Under the pieces are notes generated by a model that did not search any database, was not told where the DNA came from, and saw only the letters and a program-made list of their open reading frames with translations. Below are positions 40,398-54,150 of a DNA stretch of 64,000 nt, in pieces; positions within the stretch are counted from its first letter, which is position 1, and each line of letters opens with the position of its first letter. The stretch covers positions 100,254,001 through 100,318,000 of the forward strand of contig OZ024743.1 in NCBI GenBank assembly GCA_964016885.1, given 5' to 3'. A program made the position numbers and the translations under genes. The stretch comes from Eledone cirrhosa (lineage: Eukaryota).

Positions 40398-42686
40398 TTT
40401 TTATAAGGACATTTTTAGTTACATGTATCATCTTAGCCTTATTTTAGCATTTTGCTATATGCCTTATATCCTTTTGAAGGGAATCAAGTTCATCTATTTG
40501 TTCATGGATATACAATCTAATCCAGATTAATTGTCACTTAATCTCTGTAATTCAATCTCACCAAACTCCCCTCCCTTATTTGTTTCCAAGCTAAACTATA
40601 CTTGTATTCTCTTCACCTCTTGCATCATCATATCCTAAATACTTCTGTATTAATAATTAGAACCTTTAGTTATATCATCACACCCCCTTCCTCCCTATCT
40701 CAACCTACTCCCTAACCAGTCATCAAGTTAGTCACTTTAATCACCCTTTTTAACATTCACAGTCCTTCCATTAGATTAACTACCAACAACTCTATACAAC
40801 ACTACACTAGTCTTCTATTGAAAGCTTGTTCAATTATCTCCTCATGTTTTTACCTCAACATTGTAGCCCAGCAGGTAAAGAAATATTTTTTCTATATTAC
40901 ATCCTTTTTTTAATATATTATAAACCTTCTTTATGTTTACCCTTACCTATTAATATCATCATCATCACCATATTACACCCATTTTCCATACTGGTATGGA
41001 TTGGATGTGGTGTCACAATCCAAGTTAGATGGGTCAAGGTCCCATTTTTGGCATGGTTTCTACAGCCAAACATAGCATGATGTGGTTACCTGACCCTTTT
41101 AGTCTCACACTCTGACATTCTATCCAACTCATGGCTGGTTATCTTATATGAAAATATTCTTAGTTTTGAGATGTTTCTATAATTTGACTTAATAAATTGC
41201 TAACCATGTCTTCCCACTTCTTTGTGATTGTTCATGCTACACATTTCAATTGATTTGTGTACTCATTGTTTTTTAGTCTTATATTTCTTCATTTACACAT
41301 AGAGATGCCACGTGTCTGTGGAATTCTTGTTACATGTTAACTTCAAGGCAGGCTGTTCCATTGATCGACTGGAACACCATCGGAGCCAGTGGACGTCCAA
41401 CACACACATATAGATGTGTATATATGTGTGGATCTGTACATAAGTATTCACATACACATAAATATGGTTCTGTGTGTCCATACCAGTGCCTATGTTGTTG
41501 TTTGTTTATGTCCCGGAGACTTAGCAGTTTGACAAATAAGAATTGATAAAATAAGTACCAAACCTGAAAATATGGTTTTGATATGATTGACACCAGTAAA
41601 AGAATACAGGACACTGTGTGAGTGTGTGTGTGTGGTACATGTGTAAGTGTGTGGTACATATGTGTGTGGTACATGTGTGTGTGTGTGGTACATGTGTGTG
41701 TGTGGTATGTATGTGATGTTTATGAGCCTAATAAATGTCTCACAATTTAGTATGGTACCAGCAATACATACCATACTTGAGAATATAGTACTGGGATTTG
41801 TTTCAACACACTGACGTGTATTTATATGTGTGTGTAAATGTATGTGTGTATGTGCATATGCATACATTTATATGTATGAGTATATAAACAAACGCACAAA
41901 CACACTTACAAAAATACATTCACACTCACAGACATACACTCACACACAGCGTAGCAAATGGAACACCAGCCACTGTTTCACAATAGTGTTTTCACCATCC
42001 CCTTCCTTCCTTTTACACACACATACATTCACACAAACACACACATTGTGTGTCTGGTAGACAGAAGGGCAGGAGTCACATTTATATATAGATGAGCACC
42101 ACAAGGACCATTCAGCCACAGAAAAACTGCGTCAAAATGTCTCGTATTGAAAATGCCAGTATTGAAAAACAGACATAAAACCAATGATGAGAATGGTAAC
42201 TACACCAAAGTCATTCTATAGTTTTGTGTGGTTAAAACAAGATCACCAAACCTAAACAATAACATGAAACTATAGCATTGCTTTAATTTGCATAATTTAC
42301 TCCACATTTACACACTTGACAATGTTATCCATTGTGTCATCTATGCTCTAATTACATTGTTTTAGTCTTGCATTAAAAACAAATCTGTTTAGTTTTGTTC
42401 ATAAGATTCTCTTTCAAAATGTATATATTAACCCTTTTGATACCAGCACACCCCAAATACCAAGACATGTTTAATCCAATGCTCTAACTCTGTCAATTAA
42501 CCTTATATATATATATATATATATATATACACCCAGGTTAGATTCCTGGATCAATTATCCTGTCTATGGGGGAGTTTTGTACTCTTGATCTCTTAACAAC
42601 TCATAAAACCAGTATAAGCGCCAGCATATGTATATATCATCATCATCATCATATGTATATAAATATATATGTATATGTATATATAT

Positions 42687-42878
42687 CAATAATATTAATA
42701 AATGGAAGCTATCTTTATAAAACCATATTTATTTTATTATTATATATATTTCAAGGGTACCAAAATGTTGGTACGCTCTCATCAGATAAAATACAAAAGT
42801 TGGTTTACAGAGAGTGACATATTAAGACAAGAACTTAATGTAGTGAGTTCTATTTGAATAGTGAAGAAAAACTCATTG

Positions 42879-42922
<44 letters not shown>

Positions 42923-44070
42923 ACCCACCTTGCCTAAGTACAAAGCGAAACCTAGTCAGTAGGCACCTCTAACAAAATACACCACCGTCCCAATACCCTC
43001 ACCCCATCCACACCACCCCCTTAAATGTGAAGTTATGTTGGTACCACAACATCCAGTCCGAAACAAATGAGGTCGTGTAGGTGTCACGACAAAAAAAACA
43101 CACGGTCCACGCTGTAATGTGGCCGTGTAGGTAACACGGTAAAAACCGCCCAGTCGACACTGTAAATGTGGTTGGTGTTAGGAAGGGCACCCAGCCGTAG
43201 AAAACCCGCCAGACGTGTAGGTGTCACGACAAAAAAACACACAGTCCACGCTGTAATGTGGCCATGTAGGTAACATGGTAAAAACCTCCCAGTCCACACT
43301 GTAAACGTGGTTGGTGTTAGGAAGGGCATCCAGCCGTAGAAAACCCGCCAGACAGTCCTATACGAGCAGGACAACCAATCTTGCTTCAAGTGGGAAAACT
43401 CCCGTCCAAACCCATGCAAGCGTGGAAGATGGACGTTTAAACGATGATGATGATGATATATATATAAGCAAAAGGAATATTCAATTTGTTGGTAATTCAA
43501 CAAATATACATGTTCTATATACATGTTCTATATAGATATTTATATACTTACAACCCATTGTAATGTAATAAGATAAAATCTACTTACAACCATAATTCTT
43601 CATATAATCTAATTGATTATATATACATTATTATAACTCATAATATAGCTAAATAAATTTAAATTCTGGAATCATATTCCACCATTCCCGAAATTGTTAA
43701 TTCCTTTTAAATTAACATAAATACAAGCTCTTCTTTCTTTTCTTCTTCTTCCTACTCATACATATATATATCCTAATTATTTAAATTCGGCATAGCGTCT
43801 AAAAATAACGTTTTTTCAGCCCTATACCTCAACCCCATTTGCATACTCATCTTAATAATTTGAAATATCTGACTTTTCTTCTCTTATCCCTTCACTATCC
43901 AAGAAAAACTTGAACCGTTAAGGTATCTTTTCTTGGTTATGTCAACATTTATAAAACAAACTTTGTATTTTATCTGATGAGAGCATACCAAAGTTTTGGT
44001 ACCCTTGAAATATATATAATAGAATAAATATGGTTTTATAAATATAGTTTCCATTTATTTAATATCATTG
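42687..44070. mobile_element. Fold-back PLE-derived element with ~150-bp inverted arms, each with a hammerhead-like motif
   Basis: 42687-42840 is the reverse complement of 43915-44070. CTGATGA-GAG..GTACCA..TGGTAC..CTT-GAAA lies at 43974-44010 (+) and 42749-42785 (-). Confidence 0.7.
42921..43457 (+). mobile_element. RTE 3' UTR fragment with a ~140-bp internal tandem duplication, inserted in (TA)n
   Basis: Matches 38000-38522 and has a (GAT)n tail. Confidence 0.92.
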
Positions 44071-44072
44071 TA

Positions 44073-44117
<45 letters not shown>

Positions 44118-47100
44118 CCCATGCTAGCGTGGAAAGTGGACGTTAAACGAGGATGATGATGATGATATACCTTACAAATTATGTTGGTAGGCAGAAACTG
44201 CGAAGACCATCATTGTGTATATGTGTCTTTATATCAACACCATTTGAATGAAGCAATGATGTTTGTGTGCCACAAACAAAGCATACGACAACTAACCAGT
44301 TCAACAAAGATGAGCAGTATATCACATTGGTGTCAGGTAAATTACCATAGAAAAACTGCTTCAGCCCATGCCAGATGCTTATCATACTAACAGGAGACTC
44401 ATACTCCCTAATTAAGATGTGTTACTTTTGTATAACTTGATGACAGTTGACAAAGCAGAAGATGCAGTGATGTGAAACATGAGGGAGGGAATGACAACGA
44501 AGAGTTGACTCCACATTCCCCAGAACTCCAGAACCCTATATGGAACAGCGGATGTAAAAGAACTGACAATGATGATGGTGTGATTAAATAAACAATACTT
44601 CCCTATCTATTCTGTCTAGACATATCCCTAATACCTGTCGTTTTTGATATTTTCAACATCTTAGTAAGTTTAGGCTAGGGTCTTAGAAAATTCACTTGTT
44701 TTTCTTAATTGTTTCTCTAAGTCACCTTTAGTTCCCCATCCCAAGCACATTTCACTATAAGCCCTACTACCTACCTTTCCCCACCACCTCTTGTCATGAC
44801 TTTGACATGCATTGCATTTTGTGTTATTGTCCTTGAAATGTAATTGAAATATATTTCCTGCCTGGTGTTGTGTATGATCAACTTGAAGTAACAGTTGTAC
44901 ACTCTTAACCCTTTTCACACCAAACTACCCAAAACCATACCTGGTTCTACAAAATAAAATTTATCATAATCATCATCATTTAACATCTATTTTCCATGCT
45001 TGCATAGATTAGACAGGCTGCCACATTCTGTGGCTAGACTGTCATGTCTTGCTCATATTCTCTGGTTTTGACTTGGTTTCTATGGTTGAATGCTCTTCCT
45101 AATGCCAACCATTTTACAGTGTATAGTGGGAGCATTTTATCATGTCACTGACACAACTACTATACATGGTGGATTGAGTGCATTTTATTGTGGGACCAGC
45201 ACTACTGCCTTACAGTGCGGACTGGGAGCTTTTCAAGATGGCACCAGCTCAAACTTTTTGTCATAATTTTATGTAAAAATGTTTGTTAATTTAAGTTCCA
45301 AACACCAGCCTAATAATGATAAAGTTAGTTATAATACTAAATCTCTCCAAATTCATGATTATTACCATATTTCTAATGAAAGACAATGTCTTTCATTAGA
45401 AATAGGGTAACAAAAGAGTTAAGAAACATACAATGAAACCTGAGACTCATCTCATACACTAGACATAGTAGTAACTGTTGTTTTACTACAGATAAATCTA
45501 TTTGAGTAGACCTTTCATCAAAGGCATTCTAGCCATGGCTGTTTTTCCTCAGTAGTAGTGAATTTCTCTCAAACACTGTAGTTGTGAATGTTCTCTATAT
45601 GGTTGTATGACCTGCTAAAAATATCAGCAAAATCCACCTCCAATCACACACTACGGTCTTAAACTCTAAAAATGGATACATTAATTAATATAGATATAAG
45701 ATAGGATAGTCATGACTGGAATGTCTTTAATCATAGGTCAACTCAATCCAGACTGACATAGGGCTAAACAACAGCAATAGAAAGGAGCCTCTGTATGGTC
45801 ACTTAACCTGCTGGAAATAGTAGTCTAATCTCTTTCAAATTACACCTTACTGTTGCTGTTAAATAGAGAGAGAGTGGACAGAGAAATCTGAGCTAATATA
45901 AGACATGCTTAAAACTGCCTGAAGTAAAAGGAAGTGGCAAGGAAATTATATGTAGAAACTATGTGGAAAACTAAATGACAGGTTTACACTGTTGGAAGTG
46001 GAGAAGTGGTTGAGCCATGTGAGATAGGCAGAAGTGTGAGAAAATGTGTCAGTCAGAATAAAAAAAAAAAGAAGCCAGCCAAGATGTCATTGGGAAGAAG
46101 TATATCTATAATGATATGGTGAGAAATATTTGAATAGGGTAGGCAATGTTCAGTGTTAAAGTTATTTCCTTTAAAGAGAGATAAACAAGCTGTTAGACAT
46201 TGTTTAGTGTGACCCTATAGAAGTTAGTATATAAGGAGTGGCTTTTGTTGAGATGGTGTTGGGATGCGTGCATCAAATAGCTTATAATAGAGGAAGGAGA
46301 AAGCCAGTGACTGCATCAGGTTGTTATTGTTGTGGCTGCTGTTGTTGTAGAGAGAAAGGTGATAATATGGCTAGATCAAGTTGTCTGTTTACAGGTCTTC
46401 TAAAATCTCATGTCCATAATTTTGTCATGCTCAGCTACCTTGTTGACATAATGATGGAGGTGGTAATGGGGATTTCTTTTATTGGCCAGAAGAGTCGAAG
46501 ATAGTGAAGACAATACAAAGGCAAAATACATCATCATTATTTTTATCTCCATATTTACCTGCGTATCTTGTTCTGTCATATACTTATTTTGATGTCACTA
46601 ATAACTAACTTGTGTTGGGCGGTGGATTCTTCCCCAGGGCTTAGCATTTATTACTGTCCGTTCATCTTGTTGTCTTACAAGTAAGTAATCAATTCGCCTG
46701 ACTGGTATAAGGTCAGGTGGCTGGCCAGTTTCCTGAAATTTGTGTTGTAAATTGTTAGTCTATTCATTTCACATAATTCCAGGAGCCTCAGTTCCTCTTC
46801 ACTTCTTGAGCCTTAATCATAGCTACTATGGACTCCACTGAATCCATCCTAATACTGTCCTACATGTCCTTTGAAGTTACTTGCCAAGATGATGAGGCCA
46901 CGTTTATCGGGACCTGAAGTTCTCTGTAAAAGTTCCTATTAGAACCTGTCTGTGGGCCATAGGAAGATGTAATTGTCACCATTGTCCCACTGCTAATCTA
47001 AGTTTGATAATTCTGTCACTTACTCTACTTCTGTCACCTTATCTATCCATTTCTCAGCTAGTAAGATCCCTACACCTGCTACGCCATCATCATTTCCTAC

Positions 47101-47512
47101 CTAGTACAGCTTGTATCTATGTTATTTGCCTGTCAGTAATCTCACTGAGAGATCCCTCTATCTCACCTCCTGTACACAGCATATATCCACTTCTCTCCAT
47201 AGGAAACTAACAATCAAGAAAGTGAGGTTGAGATCAACAGTATCAATAAAGACACAGTAGTAGGATAACTTCCTTCCGTCTTGGAGGCCCTGCAAAATAA
47301 TCATGTCTTCTACCCTTACTCCTCTCACTAAACATATGCAAAATAAAAAGAAAGAGGCTGTATTATACAAAAGGTAGGCATAAAATTGATGGGCTGATTA
47401 TGATCCTTGTCAGTAGGAATTGGATTGGAAATAAAAGCTGAATGAAAAGAATCAAAAAATTCTAAAATGAACTGGAAAACAACAAACAAGATTTTTAACC
47501 CTTTCATTACTA

Positions 47513-47980
47513 TCTTAACTATAATAAAGGAGTGCGGGATTGCGTCCAGAATATATTTTTTAACCCCGTTTGTAAAATAAGTTGGATTACTTTGAATAAA
47601 TAATGAATGAATATTACATAATTTATCTACTAAATTTCGTGGCTGTTGATTAAATATATTTTATAGCTTATTTAAAGATTCACTTCTTTAAAATTGTCAA
47701 ATGTCAACACTTCCGGTTAGCGGCCGTTATATTATAACACTTATAATCGCATATATTTCCATCTCTAATTTTCTCCTAATGCAGTTTATATATAATATCG
47801 TCTTTTTTTTAATGGATTACGTTACTGATTACAGAAGACAGTGTAACACAGTCTTCGTTCAATTTCTGTGTATATTGTCAATTACGATTTTATTTACATG
47901 TATATATATTTGTGTATAATATCAATATACACACTACAAATGCTAACAGAAAACCACCCGAAGGGCGGTTTTTCTGCTAG
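47513..47980 (+). mobile_element. Non-autonomous Helitron inserted in a TTAA-CCC MITE (family B)
   Basis: A|TC start, hairpin CAGAAAACCACCC-GAA-GGGCGGTTTTTCTG, CTAG|T end. The flanks rejoin to the MITE sequence with no TSD. Confidence 0.85.
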
Positions 47981-49697
47981 TATTTTTAATGAAAGACACT
48001 GCATATAATTTTTTTTAAATAATCAAGAATTTTAAGGGATTTAGTTGTATAACTAACTTTTATCATTTAGCTGGTGTTTGGAACATAACATAACAAGGGA
48101 TCTTACATAAAATTATGATGGAAAGCTCTTAAATAAATGTAAACACTTCAAAATAAACAGTTTTGCATTATAGAACCATGAGCATTTTCAGGCAATTTCC
48201 CTGCTAAAGCAGGAGTTAGCCTTGTGGGCCTCTAAACTTCATACTCATCATGTCAACCTTCTTAGTTGCCATGAAACGAGGATAAGCATCAGCCTAACGA
48301 GCCTTCTGGCTTGAGACAGATTTTAGACTATATGGTTGGCCATTCAGCTAGAAACAGCAGCTATATTGGATGATGGGTATTCAGTCTTTCAATCAACTGT
48401 ACATCTAACTCATGAATTAAAGTGTATGTGGCTCAGTATTCCACAGACACGTGTACCCTTAACATAATTCCCAAGCTGAATCAGCATAACACTATATGTG
48501 ACAAGGCTGGGCCTTTCAATTATAGGAACAGTACATCCAACAGGCCTTCGCACAGTTTCTATCTACCCAATTTCACTCATATATTAATTAATGTAGTCCT
48601 AGATATACTTAGCCTGATCAAAAGATGGGTTGATCACTGTTGGATTGCCTATTATCGTAGATTCGCTTCATCAGAATTAGCTTGGGGCTTAGTAACAACG
48701 GCATACACCACTTTAGTCTATAGTTCTTATAGAACCTATTGTATCAATAGACTATTGATAATTATTGACTCTGAAGGGCAAATTTAACCCTTTCAATACC
48801 AACCCTGTCAAAACCAGCTTGGTTCTATGAAACAATATCACTAATTTTAGAGGATTCCCATTTAACCCTTTACCATTTACATTACATTACTCTATATATA
48901 CTATTATATTTTCATGATAAAGGCTTTACCTCACATAACATTTACATTACTCTATATATACTATTGTATTTTCATGGTAAATGCTTTACCTCATATAATT
49001 ATCTCACATTTCGAATCTACAAAATTTTGATATTATTTATTTTGAGAATAATACCTTAACATAAGTATGAGTGGCTAGTTATGGCCAGTTTGAACAGAAA
49101 GAGATGAGAGAATTCTGGCCAGATATGGCTGGTTTAAATTTAAATCAGAAAACATCATTTTATGTGAGAACAAAATTTGAAGTTACTATCTTAGCAATAA
49201 AATAATTATTCATTTTAGTAAATGACTCAAAATTAACTGAAATAATGTTTATATCATTAAAAATACCGCCATGGGAAGGTTAACCGAGTGGGAATTGTTA
49301 AGTATAGCAATGAGAAACTGAACGAGATACTAGGAAATATTTAGTCTCATTGTTCTTCTCTTGTCTTAGTCAGATCTCCTGCTCTATCACCCTGCACTAA
49401 AATATTAATAACAGTATCATACAGGTATATAGCGTTGTCAAAGAAATATCCCAAATATTTTGTCTGAGTCATGTTTACAAAGAAAAGAATCAAGAAATTC
49501 TTCCAGTTTCCAAATACCTTTTGTTTTTATTTTTTTTATTTTATATATTTATTTTATATTTATTTTCTCTCTTCTGTTTTCCTTTGGTGATAGATAACTT
49601 AACTTATTTTAAAAATAGATATTATTGCCTGGAATAACTGAACCAGTAATTCAGGAAATAAAATTTCTTTAGCCTAAGAATCAGTGTTGATGTTTAA

Positions 49698-49899
49698 CCC
49701 TTTAGCATTTAAACCGGCAATATCCGCCAGAATTCTCTCATCTCGTTCTGTTCAAACCAGTCGTAACTTGCTACTCATACTTATGTTAAGGTATTGTTCT
49801 CAAAATAAATAACCTTAATATCTCATAGTTTCAGTATTATGTGAGATAAAGCTATTACCATAAAAATACAATAGTTTATATAGAGTAAATGCTAAAGGG
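49698..49899. mobile_element. piggyBac-type MITE family A, complete copy
   Basis: 14-bp perfect TIR CCCTTTAGCATTTA with TTAA on both sides. Confidence 0.9.
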
Positions 49900-50439
49900 T
49901 TAATCCCAGATCAACTTTGATAGAGCAGATTAAAAGCATTCTCACTATGACCATCAGTTTTCCCCTATATTTTTCTCCTATATGTCTGGGACCCAGGGCC
50001 ACATTATCTGGCCATGTGACCATGAAGGGACTCAGATGCTAGGACTTGTGTTTATTGTGATAGTGATGGTTACTATTATTTTGTTTGTTTATTATTATTT
50101 TTTTCTTTTAATCTGTTTATTCAGAATGTTTGGACACACATATCCGTATATAGATCCTAATATTTGTCTATCTAGATTTTTTTCCCATTAATGTGTTGAG
50201 AAGACAAGCCACTTCTATTACCAATCCCTGGTAAGAAAGATAAAGTAAAAGAAAGTAAGAAGAAGAATCAACGTCAATACTAGACTGCTACTTTATTTAT
50301 CAACCCTGAAAGAATGAAAGGCAAAGTTGACCTCGGTGGGATATTAACACAGAGTGCACAGAACTGGAATGAATACTGCCCCACTGACTCTATTAATCAC
50401 AGTCTCTGCTTTTACTTTGTGTGTATGTGTGTACATGTA

Positions 50440-50835
50440 CATCATCATCATCATCATCATCATCATTTTACGTCCGCTTTTCCCTGCTTGCAAGGGTGGG
50501 ATGGGAACTGGTTCTGGCTTGATTTCTACAGCTGGATGCCCTTCCTAACACCAACCTCATTTACAGTGAGTGCTGGGTGCTTTTTTTTCTGTGGCGCCTA
50601 CACGTCCACTTTACAGTGTGGGCTGGGTACTTTTTTGCCATGGCACCTCCACAACCACTTTGTAGTGGAATGATAGGGACCCCAGTCCAATCATCTCATT
50701 TCTACAGCTGAGTTAACTGGAGCAATGTGAAATAAAGTGTCTTGCTCAAGGAAATAACACATCACCTGGTCTGAGAATTGAACTCACAACCTTTCGATTG
50801 CAAGCCCAATACTCTAACCACTAAGCCATGTGCCT
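50440..50835 (-). mobile_element. CORE-like SINE with RTE tail
   Basis: Near-identical to 12895-13220 and 19340-19703. Confidence 0.88.
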
Positions 50836-51104
50836 TCATGTGCATATAAAGCAGACGTTAAAAGGACAATGATGAATATATATATATATATATATATAAA
50901 GAATGAATAATAACAGGTAGACATCATAAAAAGGTAATTTATTCCGTGTGCTTACAAATGTTCCCATGGTGGTTATACAGCCTAGTTATGCTATGTGCAA
51001 ATTTATAACTATTTGCAAAACTCAATTATCAAATGCTGTTACCACTGTTTCCTCAGAGCAGAATGGTTAAAATGTAAAATGTAAATACCCTTAAGGGAAG
51101 TAAT

Positions 51105-51341
51105 ACTGTCTATATGTCCTTAATAACTCCACTGTCTATATGTCCTTAATAACTCCACTACCTATATGTCCTTAATAACTCCACTGTCTATATGTCCTTA
51201 ATAACTCCACTGTCTATATGTCCTTAATAACTCCACTGTCTATATGTCCTTAATAACTCCACTGTCTTTATGTCCTTAATAACTCCACTGTCTATATGTC
51301 CTTAATAACTCCACTGTCTATATGTCCTTAATAACTCCACT
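51105..51341. repeat. 26-bp minisatellite, 9 copies
   Basis: ACTGTCTATATGTCCTTAATAACTCC x9, contiguous, with no spacers. Confidence 0.97.
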
Positions 51342-51399
51342 AAGGCTTTTGTGCTTGATGATTATTTGTTTGCAGTTTTGTTCTTCTGTATTCTCACAA

Positions 51400-52110
51400 A
51401 ATTCTAATGGGATTGAAGTCAGGAATATTTCAGAATCACTCTAGTGTTGAAGGCTTAACATTTTAAAGATATTCTTGCATAATCCTTGCTCTGTGGCATG
51501 GAGCACAATCATGCATGACTATGTTACATCCACATATGTGCATGTTCACTTCTAGTTTACCCTTCAACAGTTCCAGGTACTTTTGACCACTCATAGTTGT
51601 CCCAGAGTCAAAGAAATATATACCATCAGTACCAGACTTTGAAATGTCACCCTTGGTAATCTGACTGGGTGGCTGTTTCATTTTCTGTACAGTATATTTT
51701 TCATCTTATCTTTTTCTACAACGCCTTTTTTTTTCCTATCCATTGTTAATGTTGGCTCTCAAGTGGGTTTACAAGACTTTAGCCCAAATTCATGAGCCAG
51801 CTGGCATGATACAATCCTATGGTTTATTTGGTATCTCCTAGAAGCAGTACAGATCTAATCATTTGCATGAACTTGTAGAACTTAAGGCAATGTTTTCTCA
51901 TATGATCATCTCTCAGGGTTGTTTTTCTGAGGCAACCACTTGTCAGAATATGAGCCATACTTTGTTATTTGTTAATAGCATTATAGACTGTTGTCTTGTT
52001 ACAACCCATTTTGACAAAAATCTCATGCTCTGAGTAACTTGTGTTGTATAGAGCTACTATTTGAGCTCTTTGAACATCAGGAAGTGATGATGCTTTGCCC
52101 ATTTTTGAAT
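51400..52110 (-). pseudogene. Tc1-type transposase relic
   Basis: GTTMSGQKYLELL...IVMHDCAPCHRARIMQEYL, the second-Asp region of a Tc1 DDE domain. Confidence 0.65.
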
Positions 52111-52255
52111 TATACACACATGAGAAGAACAATGTTTTAAAGCAAACACAGCCTTTAAAGTACCCCTAGTTGCTTTAATTTGGCCCTAAATGTTGCCTTT
52201 TCTCCTTTTGACTAAGCCATAAAAGATATTTAAATAGAAACAAATATAATTATCC

Positions 52256-54150
52256 TTGCCGGGACACGTTAACAGCTCCGAGGAGGTGTTGAAGCACCTG
52301 CATCAAATGGATCCTGACACCAGAAGGAATAACAGATATGCCTTCAGCCTTGATGTAGTCGCTCTCTACACCTCGGTCCCGGCACTCCCGGCCGTCAATA
52401 TACTGATGGAACGCGTCCAATCCACCGACCTACACTGCTTCGGGCTCACCACCACTGACATCCACCAACTCCTATCCATCATCGTCGACAACACCTACTT
52501 CGGATTCCTTGACCAAACATACCAACAAACCTCGGGATTGCCCATGGGATCAAGCCTGTCGGGTGTGCTGGCGATCTCTTACATGGACAACCTCGAGCGC
52601 AAGGCACTCAACGCCTGCCACCCCAATGTCGTCGCCTTTTTCTCAAGGTACGTGGACGATATCCTCATCCTCACATCTTCCCAAGACACGGCGAACAGAA
52701 TCTATGAGACGTTCAACAACACAGATGAGAACATTGACTTCAGTGTTGAACACCCCAACGAAGACGGGTCACTTGCCCTCTTCGACTTCCGAATCAACAT
52801 CATGGAACAGGGAAGGATCCATTGCAACTTCTACCGAAAGGCAGCCTGCAGGGACCTGTTCGTTCACTACAAGTCTGCCCTCCCTAACAGTGCCAAAAGA
52901 GGATACATCACGAACGAGATCGCGCAAATCAAAAACAGATGCAGCGATCCCGCGAGTGGTGTCACTCATACCAAGCGATTCCTCGAGGTGCTGGAGACGA
53001 ACAGGTACCCTACCTCACTCACAGACAGAGTAGGAGACACCAGACACAAGAGACAGAGAGGCACCCAAGGCAAGTGCTTCCTTAAAATGCCACACTTGGG
53101 CGAGAATACCACCAACGCTATCCGCAAGGCTATACGGAGGGAGGGCTTCAACATCCACCTGGCCCACTCGGGCCCCTCCCTGCGAAGATGCCTCTCCAGG
53201 AAACCCGGGAAATCAACTGACACGTGCTCCGTCAGAGACTGCCCGATACGCCATGCGAACTGTTGCCTACGCACATACGTCGTGTATAAAATAGAATGCA
53301 ACAAGTGCAACCAATACTATATAGGTAGCACAATCCGACCTTTGCACATCCGGATCAAGAAACACACTAAAACCAGGGCCTTGCCTTTCCGGAAACACAT
53401 AGACAAATGCTGAAACAAAGACGGAAGGCCCATTGTCACAATTCTAGCGACTGAAAGAAACGTCGGCACGTTACGTATCAAGGAAGCACTTTTTATCAAA
53501 CGCCTAGAGCCGCAAATAAACAATCGATCCGAGAGAAGCGAAATGAGGTGGCTGGTATAAGTTAACAAACGATGCAGCAACACACGCACACACACACACA
53601 AGCGAGACAACAACACACGCACACACACACAGTAGCATTCCACCATACGAACATACTACACTGCCAATACAGAAGAACAAGGCAACAACACACGCACACA
53701 CACACACAGTAACATTTAACAAACAGGCAGAGAATGGACTGACAGCTAGCGCCACTCCCACAATTGAAAGAACTACTTCGGCCGTTGACCTCTGCCCGAC
53801 CGACCCCATTCCACGCGCACGCGTGCTCTGCTGAATACCTCAGATATTCAAAACAACGAACAGCGGAGGACGCGTTTCGCACCTTTCCGACAGACAACTT
53901 TTCCCCCACCCCGGAAAAAACCCCCAGTTGATGGATGTGAATCCGAAATATATAGGGACAATTAAATCTCTCCCAAGGTAACTCTCTCTCGTGTTATCCT
54001 TTATGCTCTTTCCTTCATTCCTCTACACGTCTTATACACGCCACGCATCTCAACGTACACCCACTTACATCTCTCTCTCCACCACCGGATCTTGTTACCC
54101 GGAGATTTGCCCATTTGCATTGTCGAGGCTTCCAAACGACTTAAAGAAAT
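52256..54150 (+). mobile_element. 5'-truncated Penelope-like retroelement related to the 22960-25740 element
   Basis: SLDVVALYTSVP, GLPMGS, FSRYVDD, VVYKIECNKC..YIGST. A premature TGA lies at 53411 and the frame continues to about 53560. Confidence 0.93.
53922..53958 (+). ncRNA. Variant minimal hammerhead-like motif in the PLE 3' region
   Basis: CCC-CAGTTGA-T-GGAT-GTGA-ATCC-GAAA-TATA-TA-GGG. Confidence 0.5.

Noticed and set aside
46000-47400. Possible decayed LINE or host exons
   Set aside because: I could not read diagnostic motifs or a consistent exon frame with confidence.
51105-51341. CRISPR-like array
   Set aside because: The repeats are contiguous with no unique spacers, there are no cas genes, and the context is eukaryotic.
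53411-53413. In-frame TGA in the Penelope endonuclease as possible selenocysteine
   Set aside because: It aligns to Gly in the sister copy (KC-G-N versus KC-*-N), not to Cys, and no SECIS was recognised. It is most likely a nonsense mutation.
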